Below are positions 39,111 through 47,747 of a stretch of 64,000 bases of DNA, piece by piece (within the stretch, counting starts at the first letter, position 1; each line of letters starts with the position of its first letter). The notes under the pieces are model-generated. The model ran no database searches and was not told the DNA's origin. It was given only the letters and a program-made list of their open reading frames with translations. Location: NCBI GenBank assembly GCA_016789955.1, contig JAEUPB010000004.1, positions 22,141-86,140 on the forward strand. The letters run 5' to 3'. Position numbers and translations under genes: made by a program. This DNA comes from Rubrivivax sp. (GTDB taxonomy: Bacteria; Pseudomonadota; Gammaproteobacteria; Burkholderiales; Burkholderiaceae_C).

Positions 39111-39418
39111 GCCGTGCCTTCCGGCGGGAATCCGGCCCGCTGCGGCCAGAGGTTGACGAACGCCTGCACCTCCACGGAGCCGTACAGGCCGGCGCAGGTG
39201 AACGGCTCGTCGGCCATCCACGCGTGGGCGGCGTCGCGCGACGGGAAGTCGATCGCCAGCAGGCTGCCGATCATCGTGGTGCCGTCGTCGTGGGTGATCG
39301 GGCCGGCGAAGGCGATGCGGTCGGCCACCCCGGCGAGGTAGGCCTTGTGCGCGGGCCGCACGCGCTGCCTCAACTCGGCGGTGCCGGGCTTGTCGAGCAG
39401 GCGGAAGACGTAGATCAC
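39107..39418 (-). CDS. YciI family protein
   Basis: RPAHKAYL, AGP, GSL, DEPF. Confidence 0.88.
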   Translation of the reverse strand: MIYVFRLLDKPGTAELRQRVRPAHKAYLAGVADRIAFAGPITHDDGTTMIGSLLAIDFPSRDAAHAWMADEPFTCAGLYGSVEVQAFVNLWPQRAGFPPEGTA

Positions 39419-39460
39419 GGGGTGTGTTCCTTCGTCGTCAGTGGCGGGTTCAGCGGCGCC

Positions 39461-40174
39461 TCACACGCCGAGGTAGGCGCGGCGGATCTCGTCGCGCTGC
39501 ATCAGGTCGTCGGGCGTGCCGGTGGCGGCGATGCGCCCTTCCTCCAGCACGTAGGCGCGGTGCGCCACGCGCAAGGCGGTGGCCACGTTCTGCTCCACCA
39601 GCAGCACGGCGGTGCCGTCGGCGTTGACGCGGCGGATCGCGTCGAACATGCCGGTGGTGATCAGCGGGGAGAGGCCGAGCGACGGCTCGTCCAGCAGCAG
39701 CAGCCGCGGCCGCGCCATCAGCGCGCGGCCGATCGCCAGCATCTGCTGCTGCCCGCCGGAGAGCTCGCCGGCCGCCTGCTCGAGCTTCTCCTCGAGCACC
39801 GGGAACAGCGCCAGCACCGCGGCCATCGACTCACGCCGCCGCGCCCGCGACGCCGGGTCCCACGGCCGCAGGCCGCCGATCTCGAGGTTCTCGCGCACGC
39901 TCATCGAGCCGAACAGCCGCCGGCCCTCGGGCACCAGCGCCACGCCGGCCTCGCACCAGCGGTGCGGCGGCAGCTCGGTCAGAGGCTTTCCGTCGAGCAC
40001 GATGCGCCCCGAGCGCGCCGGCAGCACGCCGGCCAACGCATTGATCAGCGTGGTCTTCCCGGCACCGTTGGGGCCCACCACGCACAGCAGCTCGCGCTCG
40101 CGCAACTCCAGCGACACGCCCCACAGCGCGCCGGCCTCGCCGTAGGCCACGTGCAGGTCGTGCACCTCAAGCAC
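39461..40174 (-). CDS. livF: Branched-chain amino acid-type ABC ATPase (LivF)
   Basis: GPNGAGKT, LSGGQQQM, LDEPSLGL, LVEQN. Confidence 0.92.
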   Translation of the reverse strand: MLEVHDLHVAYGEAGALWGVSLELRERELLCVVGPNGAGKTTLINALAGVLPARSGRIVLDGKPLTELPPHRWCEAGVALVPEGRRLFGSMSVRENLEIGGLRPWDPASRARRRESMAAVLALFPVLEEKLEQAAGELSGGQQQMLAIGRALMARPRLLLLDEPSLGLSPLITTGMFDAIRRVNADGTAVLLVEQNVATALRVAHRAYVLEEGRIAATGTPDDLMQRDEIRRAYLGV

Positions 40175-41966
40175 GCGGGGCCTCCATCGCGGGCACGGCC
40201 GGCGCAGGTGACAAAGGTACGATCTCCTGCCCCAGGTAGGCGCGCATCACCTCCGGCCGTTGCATCACCTCGGCAGCCGGGCCTTCGGCCAGCAGCTCGC
40301 CGTGGTCGAAGACGACGATGCGGTCGGTCAGCGCCATCACCGCGCGCATCACGTGCTCGACGAACACCACGGTGGCACCCTGGTCGCGGATGCGCCGCAC
40401 CAGCGCCACGGCGTCGTCGATCTCCGCCGGCGTCAGGCCGCACAGCACCTCGTCGAGCAGCACCAGCCGCGGGCGCGAGGCCAGCGCGCGCGCCAGCTCC
40501 AGGAACTTGCGCTGGTGCAGGTTCAGTTCGCCGGGCAAGGCCAGCGCCTTGTCCTCGAGCCCGGCGAACGCCAGCCAGCGCATCGCCTCGGCCCGCGCCG
40601 CCGCCACGCTGGCGACACCGCCGCCGAACAGAGCCGCCAGCGCCACGTTGTCGAGCACCGTGCGGTGCGCGAACGGCCGCGGGATCTGGTACGTGCGCGC
40701 GATGCCCGACCGCGCCACGCGGTGCGCCGGCAGGCCCGTGAGCTCGCGGCCCTCGAAGCTCACGAGGCCGCCGCTGGCCGCGTAGTGCCCGCTGACGACG
40801 TTGATGAAGGTCGACTTGCCCGAACCGTTGGGGCCGAGCAGCCCGAGGATCTCGCCGCGCTTCACGTCGACGTCCACGCCCGCCAGCGCCTTCACGCCGC
40901 GGAACGACTTGGCCAGGCCCTGCGTGCGCAGCAGCACATCGCCCGCGGCGCCTGCAGGAGCGGCCGCCGGTTCGAGCGGCGCATCGGCCAGCACTGGCGG
41001 CACCGTCGCCCGGCGCCGCTGCCACACCTTCTGCAGCCGCGGCAGCACACCATCGGGCATGAACAGGATCGCTCCGATCAGGATCACGCCCACCATCGCC
41101 TTGCCGGCCACTGCGGCATTGGCTGCCGTGAAGCTGTACAGCAGCAGCGTGATCAGCACCGCGCCCACCGCCGGCCCGGCCCAATGGCGCGAGCCGCCGA
41201 GCACGCTCATCAGCACCACCGTCAGCGGCACCGCGATCGTGAACACCTCGCCGACGGTGACGTAGTTCAGGAACAGCGCGTGGATGCCGCCGGCCACGCC
41301 GGCCAGAGCACACGAGACCGCCAGCGCCACCAGCTTGTAGCGGTAGGTGGGCACGCCCATCACCTCGGCGGCGTCCTCGTCGTCGTGGATCGCGAACAGC
41401 CCCGCACCCAGCCGCGACACCGAGATGCCCCAGGCCACCAGCAACGTGAGCGCCGCCGTCGCCAGCGCCAGCAGGTAGAAGGTCGACGACGGCGTCGGCC
41501 CGAGCTTCGGCACCTCGGCCGCGGCCAGCGAGACGCCGTTGCCGCCGTCGATGGGTGTGTTGACGATCACCGTGCCGAGCACGAAGGTCACGGCCAGCGT
41601 CAGCAGCGCGAACACCTCGCCGCGGATGCCCTTGACGCGGAACACGATCGCGCCCACGACCACGCCCAGCGCGCAGGCCACCGCCGCGGCCACCGGCAGC
41701 GTGGCCAGGAACGGCCAGTCCCAGCGCGAGATCAGCGTGGCAGTGGTGTACAGGCCTGCGCCGAAGAACGCGCCATGGCCGAACGAGAAGTAGCCGGTGT
41801 AGCCCGACAGGATGTTCCAGCTCGTCGCCAGCACCACCCAGTGCAGGATCAGGTACAGCAGCGAGTCGTAGAACGCCGGCAGTCCGAGCGACGGCACGAC
41901 CGCGAGCGCCGCGGCCGCCGCCACGATCGCCAGCGGCGTGCGCCACGGCTGCGCAGAGGTCGTCAT
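40167..41966 (-). CDS. Fused LivM permease-LivG ATPase
   Basis: GYTGYFSFGHGAFFG permease region fused in frame to GPNGSGKST...LLDE...VEH ATPase. Confidence 0.88.
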   Translation of the reverse strand: MTTSAQPWRTPLAIVAAAAALAVVPSLGLPAFYDSLLYLILHWVVLATSWNILSGYTGYFSFGHGAFFGAGLYTTATLISRWDWPFLATLPVAAAVACALGVVVGAIVFRVKGIRGEVFALLTLAVTFVLGTVIVNTPIDGGNGVSLAAAEVPKLGPTPSSTFYLLALATAALTLLVAWGISVSRLGAGLFAIHDDEDAAEVMGVPTYRYKLVALAVSCALAGVAGGIHALFLNYVTVGEVFTIAVPLTVVLMSVLGGSRHWAGPAVGAVLITLLLYSFTAANAAVAGKAMVGVILIGAILFMPDGVLPRLQKVWQRRRATVPPVLADAPLEPAAAPAGAAGDVLLRTQGLAKSFRGVKALAGVDVDVKRGEILGLLGPNGSGKSTFINVVSGHYAASGGLVSFEGRELTGLPAHRVARSGIARTYQIPRPFAHRTVLDNVALAALFGGGVASVAAARAEAMRWLAFAGLEDKALALPGELNLHQRKFLELARALASRPRLVLLDEVLCGLTPAEIDDAVALVRRIRDQGATVVFVEHVMRAVMALTDRIVVFDHGELLAEGPAAEVMQRPEVMRAYLGQEIVPLSPAPAVPAMEAPRA

Positions 41967-42829
41967 GCCGCTCGGCCCGGCCGCAGCAGCAGGATGCCGA
42001 TCAGCAGCGCGAACGACACCAGCGGCGCCCACGACGGCGCCGTCACCGCCATCGTCACCGCCTCGCTGACGCCGATCACGATGCCCGCCGCCAGCGGCGC
42101 CAGCGCACGGCCCAGGCCGCCGAGCATCACCGCGGCGAACACCACGCCCACCCACGCGTAGATCTGCGACGGCGCCAGCGTGTGGCCCAGCGCCAGGCAC
42201 ACGCCGGCCACTGCGGCCAGCGCCGAGCAGGTGCCGGCCAGCAACAGCGCGTTGCGGCGATCGTGGATGCCGAAGGCGGCGGCGATCGGCGCGTCCTCGG
42301 CCGAGGCGCGCAGTGCCTTGCCGAGGTCGGTGTGGCGCAGCACCGCCCACACGGCGAACGCGAGCCCGGCGGAGAACAACAGCGTGATCACCTCAGGCAG
42401 CGGCACGTAGAGCCCGGCGACCTTCCAGCGGTACTCGCCGTAGTGCGACTCGAGCTTGCGGAAGTCGGCGGTCCAGATCGACTGGATCAGCGCCTCGACG
42501 ATGCCGGTGAGGCCGAAGGTCACCAGCAGCGAGTTGAACGGCGTGATCGCGAAGCGCGCCATCGCCGCGTGCAGCCCGGCACCGAGCGCGAAGAACAGCG
42601 GCACGATCAGCAGCAGCGACAGCAGCGGATCGACGCCGAGCGCCGCGAGCTGCCAGCACAGGTAGGCCGCGAGGAAGGCGAACGCGAAATGCGCCAGGTT
42701 GATCTGGCGCAGCAGCCCCCACGACAGGCTCAGGCCCAGGCCCAGCAGCCCGTACAGCGCGCCGACGAACACGCCCGACAGCACGCTCTGCGCGAGCAGG
42801 GTCGCGCTGGGCATCGTGAAGCCCGACAT
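41963..42829 (-). CDS. livH: LivH-type ABC permease
   Basis: GLSLSWGLLRQINLAH, GKALRA, LGGLG. Confidence 0.88.
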   Translation of the reverse strand: MSGFTMPSATLLAQSVLSGVFVGALYGLLGLGLSLSWGLLRQINLAHFAFAFLAAYLCWQLAALGVDPLLSLLLIVPLFFALGAGLHAAMARFAITPFNSLLVTFGLTGIVEALIQSIWTADFRKLESHYGEYRWKVAGLYVPLPEVITLLFSAGLAFAVWAVLRHTDLGKALRASAEDAPIAAAFGIHDRRNALLLAGTCSALAAVAGVCLALGHTLAPSQIYAWVGVVFAAVMLGGLGRALAPLAAGIVIGVSEAVTMAVTAPSWAPLVSFALLIGILLLRPGRAA

Positions 42830-42876
42830 TCGCGGATCGCCTTCTGACTGCTGCTGCTACGGCTACTGCGGTGGCA

Positions 42877-44082
42877 TCAGTTCGACTGGACCTTGGCACC
42901 CGGAGCAGCGAACTCGCGCGGCCACACGACCTTCCAGTGGCCGTCCTGCACCTGCTTCACGCGCATCAGGTCGTCACCGTAGTTGCCGGGCCCGTTGAAG
43001 CGCAGCTTGCCCTGCAGCGTGTCGACTCGGTTGGCGCGCAGCCAGGCGGCGATGGCCTTGTCGTCCAGGCTCTTGGTGGCCTGCACGCCGGCGTCCAGGA
43101 TCTGCCACGCGGTGTAGCTGGCGGCGGCCTGCACCTCCACCGCGGTGTCGGGCAGCTTGGCGGCCTTGGCGCGCTCGTTGTAGGTCTTCACGAACTCGGC
43201 CGCGCCCGGTGCGTTGGTGAACGGCGGGTGCTCCTCGAAGATGGTCACCGAGAGCGCGTTCTTCGCCTCGGGCAGCGTCACCAGCGGGCCCGGCGCCGGG
43301 TACAGGTAGAAGTGCTGCGGCGGCACGTACTCGATCTTCTTCATCGCGTCGAGCAGCAGGTTGCCTTCCAGGCCGATGGCGCCCACCCACACGAAGTCGG
43401 GCTTGGCGTCCTTCACGCGGTTGGCGATGGGACCGAAGTCGCGGTTGCCGAACTCCCACTCGAGGAACAGCACCTCGGTGAGGCCGCGCTTCTTGAACAC
43501 CTCGCGCGCGCCGGCCGAGAGGAACTGGATCGACGGGAACTTGCTCGTCACCACCGCCACCGTCTTCGGCGGCTTCGGGCCTGCGGCCAGCGCATCGAGC
43601 ACCGTGCCCGGCACCGTGTTGGCGGGGTCGGACCCGAGAGACCAGGCCGGGAACGCGCCGTCGTACTTCGACAGCGACGGGATGCCGAAGGTGTGGTGCA
43701 CCAGCACCTTGTTGTAGCGCTGCGCCACGCCCATCGCCGACAGGATCGCCCCGGTGGCGTACGGGCCCATCAGCAGGTCGACCTTGTCGGCGGTGACGAG
43801 CTGCTCGTACAGCGTGCGCGCCAGGTCGGGCTTGGACTGGTCGTCCTTCAGCACCCACTCGAGCTTGCGGCCCAGCCAGCCGCCGCGCGCGTTGACCTGC
43901 TCGATGTAGATCTCGCCGACGAGCTTGTGCACCAGTGCCGTGGCCGACAGCGGCCCGGTGAGCGCCAGCGTGCTGCCGATGCGGATGGGGCCCTGCTGCG
44001 CACGGGCCAGGCCCGAGGCGGCGGCCAGGCCCGCGGCGCCTGCGGCGAGCACGGTGCGGCGGGGGATCGAAGGTCGGGTCAT
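42877..44082 (-). CDS. LivK-like ABC substrate-binding protein (probable Tat signal)
   Basis: RRTVL signal, IRIGSTLALTGP, DDQSKP; RBS AGGAG. Confidence 0.88.
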   Translation of the reverse strand: MTRPSIPRRTVLAAGAAGLAAASGLARAQQGPIRIGSTLALTGPLSATALVHKLVGEIYIEQVNARGGWLGRKLEWVLKDDQSKPDLARTLYEQLVTADKVDLLMGPYATGAILSAMGVAQRYNKVLVHHTFGIPSLSKYDGAFPAWSLGSDPANTVPGTVLDALAAGPKPPKTVAVVTSKFPSIQFLSAGAREVFKKRGLTEVLFLEWEFGNRDFGPIANRVKDAKPDFVWVGAIGLEGNLLLDAMKKIEYVPPQHFYLYPAPGPLVTLPEAKNALSVTIFEEHPPFTNAPGAAEFVKTYNERAKAAKLPDTAVEVQAAASYTAWQILDAGVQATKSLDDKAIAAWLRANRVDTLQGKLRFNGPGNYGDDLMRVKQVQDGHWKVVWPREFAAPGAKVQSN

Positions 44083-44134
44083 GGTCTGTCTCCTGAATGC
44101 TTGGGAGGGAGGGGCATGGGAGGCCTCTGCGGGC

Positions 44135-45112
44135 CTATTCGGCTTTGATCCCGGCGGCACGCACGAGCCGGGTCCAGCGGTCGAGGTCGCGCGCCAGTTG
44201 CGTGCGCGCCTCGTCGGCAGGCAGCGGCAACGGTCTGCCGCCCGCCTTGGTGAAGGCATCCTTGATCTCGGCGAACTGCGTCACGCGCTGCAGCTCGCTG
44301 CGCAGCCGCGCCAGCACGGCCGCCGGCACCTTGGCCGGGGCGTAGAGGCCGAACCACGACTCGAGGTCGAGGTCCACGCCGCTTTCGCGCAGCGTCGGCA
44401 GCTCCGGATGCATCGGGCTGCGCTGCGCGCCCGAAGTGGCCAGGCCGCGCACCGTGCCGCCGGCGATCTGCCCACGCGCCGTGGGGGCCAGGTCGAAGAA
44501 CAGGTCCACGCGGCCGCCGAGCAGGTCTTGATAGGCCGCCTGCGCGCCCTTGTACGGCACGTGCAGCAGCTCCACACTGGCCAGATGCCACAGCGCCGCG
44601 GCGATCACGTGCTGCCCCGAGCCGTTGCCGGCCGAGGCGTAGGTGTAGGCCCGCGGCTGCGCGCGTGCCTTGCCGATCAGGTCGGCCAGCGACGACGCGG
44701 CCAGGTCCTTGCGCGCCATCAGCGTGTAGCTGTAGGCCACGGCGTTGCCCAGCGGCTCGAAGTCCTTCTGCGGGTCGTAGCTCAGCGACGGGTACAGCCC
44801 GACGTTCAGCACCAGGTTCGACACCGAGCCGACGAGCAGCGTGTAACCGTCGGGCGCGGCCTTGGCGGCCGCATCGGTGCCCACCAGCGTGCCCGAACCC
44901 GGGCGGTTCTCCACCACCACCGGCTGGCCCAGGCCCTTGCCCATCGCCTCGGCCAGCGTGCGGCCGACGAAGTCGAAGCCGCCGCCCGGCGGCTGCGGCA
45001 CGATGAGCTTCAACGGCCGCGCGGGGAAGTCGGCCTGCGCGCGAGCAACCTGAACGGCCGATGCGCCGAGCATCGCAGGCAGCGTGAACAGCAGGGGGCG
45101 GCGGCGCAGCAT
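44135..45112 (-). CDS. Bug/TctC receptor
   Basis: PQPPGGGFD, ENRPGSG, HVPYKG. Confidence 0.9.
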   Translation of the reverse strand: MLRRRPLLFTLPAMLGASAVQVARAQADFPARPLKLIVPQPPGGGFDFVGRTLAEAMGKGLGQPVVVENRPGSGTLVGTDAAAKAAPDGYTLLVGSVSNLVLNVGLYPSLSYDPQKDFEPLGNAVAYSYTLMARKDLAASSLADLIGKARAQPRAYTYASAGNGSGQHVIAAALWHLASVELLHVPYKGAQAAYQDLLGGRVDLFFDLAPTARGQIAGGTVRGLATSGAQRSPMHPELPTLRESGVDLDLESWFGLYAPAKVPAAVLARLRSELQRVTQFAEIKDAFTKAGGRPLPLPADEARTQLARDLDRWTRLVRAAGIKAE

Positions 45113-45117
45113 CGCGA

Positions 45118-45723
45118 TCAACGCTCCAGCGGCCCGCCCGCGAGCCACGCCGCGCCGCGGCGGTACAGCGCCTCGACCTGCAGGCCCTTGAGCATCGGCA
45201 TGTCGCGCTTCACGGTGTAGCCGATGCGCGTCTGGATGTAGGCCAGGTGCCGGTAGCCCTCGGGGAACTCGGCGAGCGTGGCGGCGTCGATCTTGGGCAC
45301 CGCGGCCGGGTCGATCGGGTCGATGCGGTCCTTCTCGTAGATCGGCTGGCGGTGCAGCAGCTTCCACTGCCCGTCGTGCTTGGTGATGAAGTCGTAGAAG
45401 CGGCCCGTGCACACGACGTCGCAGGGCACGCCCTCGACGAGGCCGCGCTGCGAGATCGTCATCTTGGTCTGCGCGATGGCGCGGTCGCCCACCACCTCGA
45501 TCGCCGAGCCGCCGAGGAAGTGCAGGATGCTGACGCCGCGCGCCCAGCCCTCCTGCGTGACGCGGATGAACTCCGCCCACGGGCCCTGGAACCACGTGGC
45601 CATCATCACGCCGTCGGGGTGCCAGCAGGTGGCGAAGCGCTCCCAGTCGCCGGCGTCGCGCCACACCGCCCAGCGCTCGACCAGACGGCGGATCAGCAGT
45701 TCGTCGTGCAGCGTGTCATCCAT
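45118..45723 (-). CDS. SnoaL/NTF2-like fold protein
   Basis: IRRLVERWAVWRD, HFLG, GRFYD...W...R..IYEKD. Confidence 0.78.
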   Translation of the reverse strand: MDDTLHDELLIRRLVERWAVWRDAGDWERFATCWHPDGVMMATWFQGPWAEFIRVTQEGWARGVSILHFLGGSAIEVVGDRAIAQTKMTISQRGLVEGVPCDVVCTGRFYDFITKHDGQWKLLHRQPIYEKDRIDPIDPAAVPKIDAATLAEFPEGYRHLAYIQTRIGYTVKRDMPMLKGLQVEALYRRGAAWLAGGPLER

Positions 45724-45738
45724 CGCAGCGATCCTCGT

Positions 45739-46524
45739 TCAGGCGGCTTCGAGCACGAAGTCGAAGTCCAGCGTGTGATACGGCCCCGGGCGGCCATCGG
45801 GCCCCGGGCCGGACTCGTGGCGCACCCATGGCGCGATCAGCGAGCGGCGCACGCCGAACACGGCGTCGGTCTCGAGATATCGGTCGCCATCGCGGAACAC
45901 CTGCGTCGCCAGCGGCCGGTGGCCTTCGGCCCGCACCGCGAAGTTCAGGTGCGCCGGCCGCCACGGATGACGGCCCAGCGCGGCGAGCAGCCGCCCCACG
46001 GGACCGTCGTGCGGCACTGCGCAGGGTTGCGCGAGCGGCGTGGTGGCCCGATAGCGGCCCGCTCCGTCGCACGGCAGCTCGGTGCGGCCATCCGCCGCCG
46101 CGCAAGGCCACACCTGCACGCGCGCGCCCGGCAGCGGCGTGCCGCCTTGCGAACGCACCTGGCCGCGCACGTAGCAGGGCTCGGCGGCCGCATGATCCTC
46201 GGGCGTCGCACACGGGGCCGCGGCCGCGGCCAGCGTGCTCTCGGTGCAGCCCGCCGCGCGGCGTTGACTCCGTGCGGTGACCAGCATCGACAGGCCGAGC
46301 ACGTCCGACAGCAGCGGCAGCTCGTGCGGGCGTGCCGCCGAGCCGGCTTCGGAGAGCCAGCGCAGGCCCTCGCGCCACTCGGCCTCGGTGAGTTGCACCT
46401 CGCGCGCGAACGCGTGCAGGTGCTGCACGAGGCTCGTCATCACCTCGCGCAGCCGCGCATCGCCCGCCTGCGCGTGGCGCGCGATCACGGCCTGGGTGAT
46501 GGTGTACTCGTCGTTGTGGCGCAC
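45739..46524 (-). CDS. Degenerate intradiol dioxygenase homolog (likely non-catalytic)
   Basis: HLHAFAREV, LLSDVLGLS, HDGPVG, RPAHLN, DAVFGV; iron ligands mostly lost; GTG start inferred. Confidence 0.75.
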   Translation of the reverse strand: MRHNDEYTITQAVIARHAQAGDARLREVMTSLVQHLHAFAREVQLTEAEWREGLRWLSEAGSAARPHELPLLSDVLGLSMLVTARSQRRAAGCTESTLAAAAAPCATPEDHAAAEPCYVRGQVRSQGGTPLPGARVQVWPCAAADGRTELPCDGAGRYRATTPLAQPCAVPHDGPVGRLLAALGRHPWRPAHLNFAVRAEGHRPLATQVFRDGDRYLETDAVFGVRRSLIAPWVRHESGPGPDGRPGPYHTLDFDFVLEAA

Positions 46525-46568
46525 GGGGTTCGGTGTTGCAGCCGCAGCAGGTGCAGGCGCGGCGGCCG

Positions 46569-46634
46569 ACTCTAGACTCCACGTTCCGCGCAACAAAGCG
46601 CGGCACCTTGAAAGCTTTGTTCCGCTCGGCGGAA
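46569..46634 (-). promoter_or_regulatory. LysR box (TTCCGC-TCG-GCGGAA, T-N11-A) and candidate promoter of the leftward operon
   Basis: Perfect inverted repeat at 46620-46634; repeat half-site TTCCGC at 46584; TAGAGT -10-like hexamer on the minus strand at 46569-46574. Confidence 0.6.
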
Positions 46635-46648
46635 AACTCCGGGTAAAC

Positions 46649-47563
46649 ATGGATCGCTGGACCGAGATCGAGCTGTTCGTCCAGGTGGCCGAGATGGGCA
46701 GCCTGTCGCGTGCGGCCGAATCGCTGGGGCTCTCCAACGCCGCGGCCAGCCGCCACCTCGCGGCGCTGGAAGAGCGCCTCGCCGCGCGCCTCGTGCAGCG
46801 CAACACCCGGCGGCTGTCGCTCACCGAGGTGGGCGACGAGTTCTACCGCCGCTGCAAGCCGCTGCTCAGCGAGATGCGCGACGCCGAATCGGCGGTGAAC
46901 GCCACCGCGCTGAAGCCCACCGGCACGCTGCGCGTGACCGCGTCGCTGAGCTTCTCGATGATCGTCATCGCGCCTTTGCTGCCGCTGTTCGCCGAGCGCT
47001 ACCCCGACCTGCGCGTGGAGGTGGTGGTGTCCAACCGCTACACCGACCTCATCGAGAACGGCATCGACGTGGCCATCCGCAACCGCGAGTTCGAGGGCGA
47101 CTCGGCGATCACCGTGCGGCGGCTGGCCGAGACCAGGCGCGTGCTGGCGGCCTCGCCGCAGTACCTGCAGCGGCACGGCACGCCGCGCACGCCCGACGAA
47201 CTGGCGCGCCACCGCATGCTCGTCTACAACCTGGCCAACCAGCCGCACCTGCTGCGCTTCACGCGCAACGGCGCGGTCACGTCGGTGCCGATCCAGGGCA
47301 TCCTCGAAGCCAACGACGGCCAGGTGGTGCGCGCCGCGGCCCTCAAGCACCACGGCATCCTGCTGCAGCCGCTCTACATCATCGACGAGGACATCGTCGG
47401 CGGCCGCCTGGTGCCGGTGCTGCAGGAGTGGGAGCTGCCGAGCCTGGTGATGAACGTCGCCTACCCCACGCGGCGCCACCTGCCGGCCAAGGTGCGCTGC
47501 TTCGTGGACTTCCTCGTCGAGCAGTTCGCCACCCACGACTACGAGCGGCGCTGGACGGCGTGA
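46649..47563 (+). CDS. LysR family transcriptional regulator (CrgA/DmlR-like)
   Basis: GSLSRAAESL...RNTRRLSLTE; DLIENGIDVAIR; PAKVRCFVDFL. Confidence 0.93.
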   Translation: MDRWTEIELFVQVAEMGSLSRAAESLGLSNAAASRHLAALEERLAARLVQRNTRRLSLTEVGDEFYRRCKPLLSEMRDAESAVNATALKPTGTLRVTASLSFSMIVIAPLLPLFAERYPDLRVEVVVSNRYTDLIENGIDVAIRNREFEGDSAITVRRLAETRRVLAASPQYLQRHGTPRTPDELARHRMLVYNLANQPHLLRFTRNGAVTSVPIQGILEANDGQVVRAAALKHHGILLQPLYIIDEDIVGGRLVPVLQEWELPSLVMNVAYPTRRHLPAKVRCFVDFLVEQFATHDYERRWTA

Positions 47564-47698
47564 CCCACCGCAAGCGCACCGCGGGTAAGCCCTGCACCGA
47601 CGAAATGCATTTGTACAAATATGATCGGGCCCCCGTCGGGGCGCCAGGCTCCCTCGGGGCGACCTGGGAGATGGCGTTCCAGAGATCTGTGTCCTTGA

Positions 47699-47726
47699 CA
47701 GGGCCCCTCGCGGGCCCTGCTTTCTT
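47699..47726 (+). terminator. Possible intrinsic terminator hairpin
   Basis: CAGGGCCC-CTCGC-GGGCCCTG stem followed by CTTTCTT; weak U-tract. Confidence 0.4.
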
Positions 47727-47747
47727 GCATCTCGCGCGCCGCTGACC

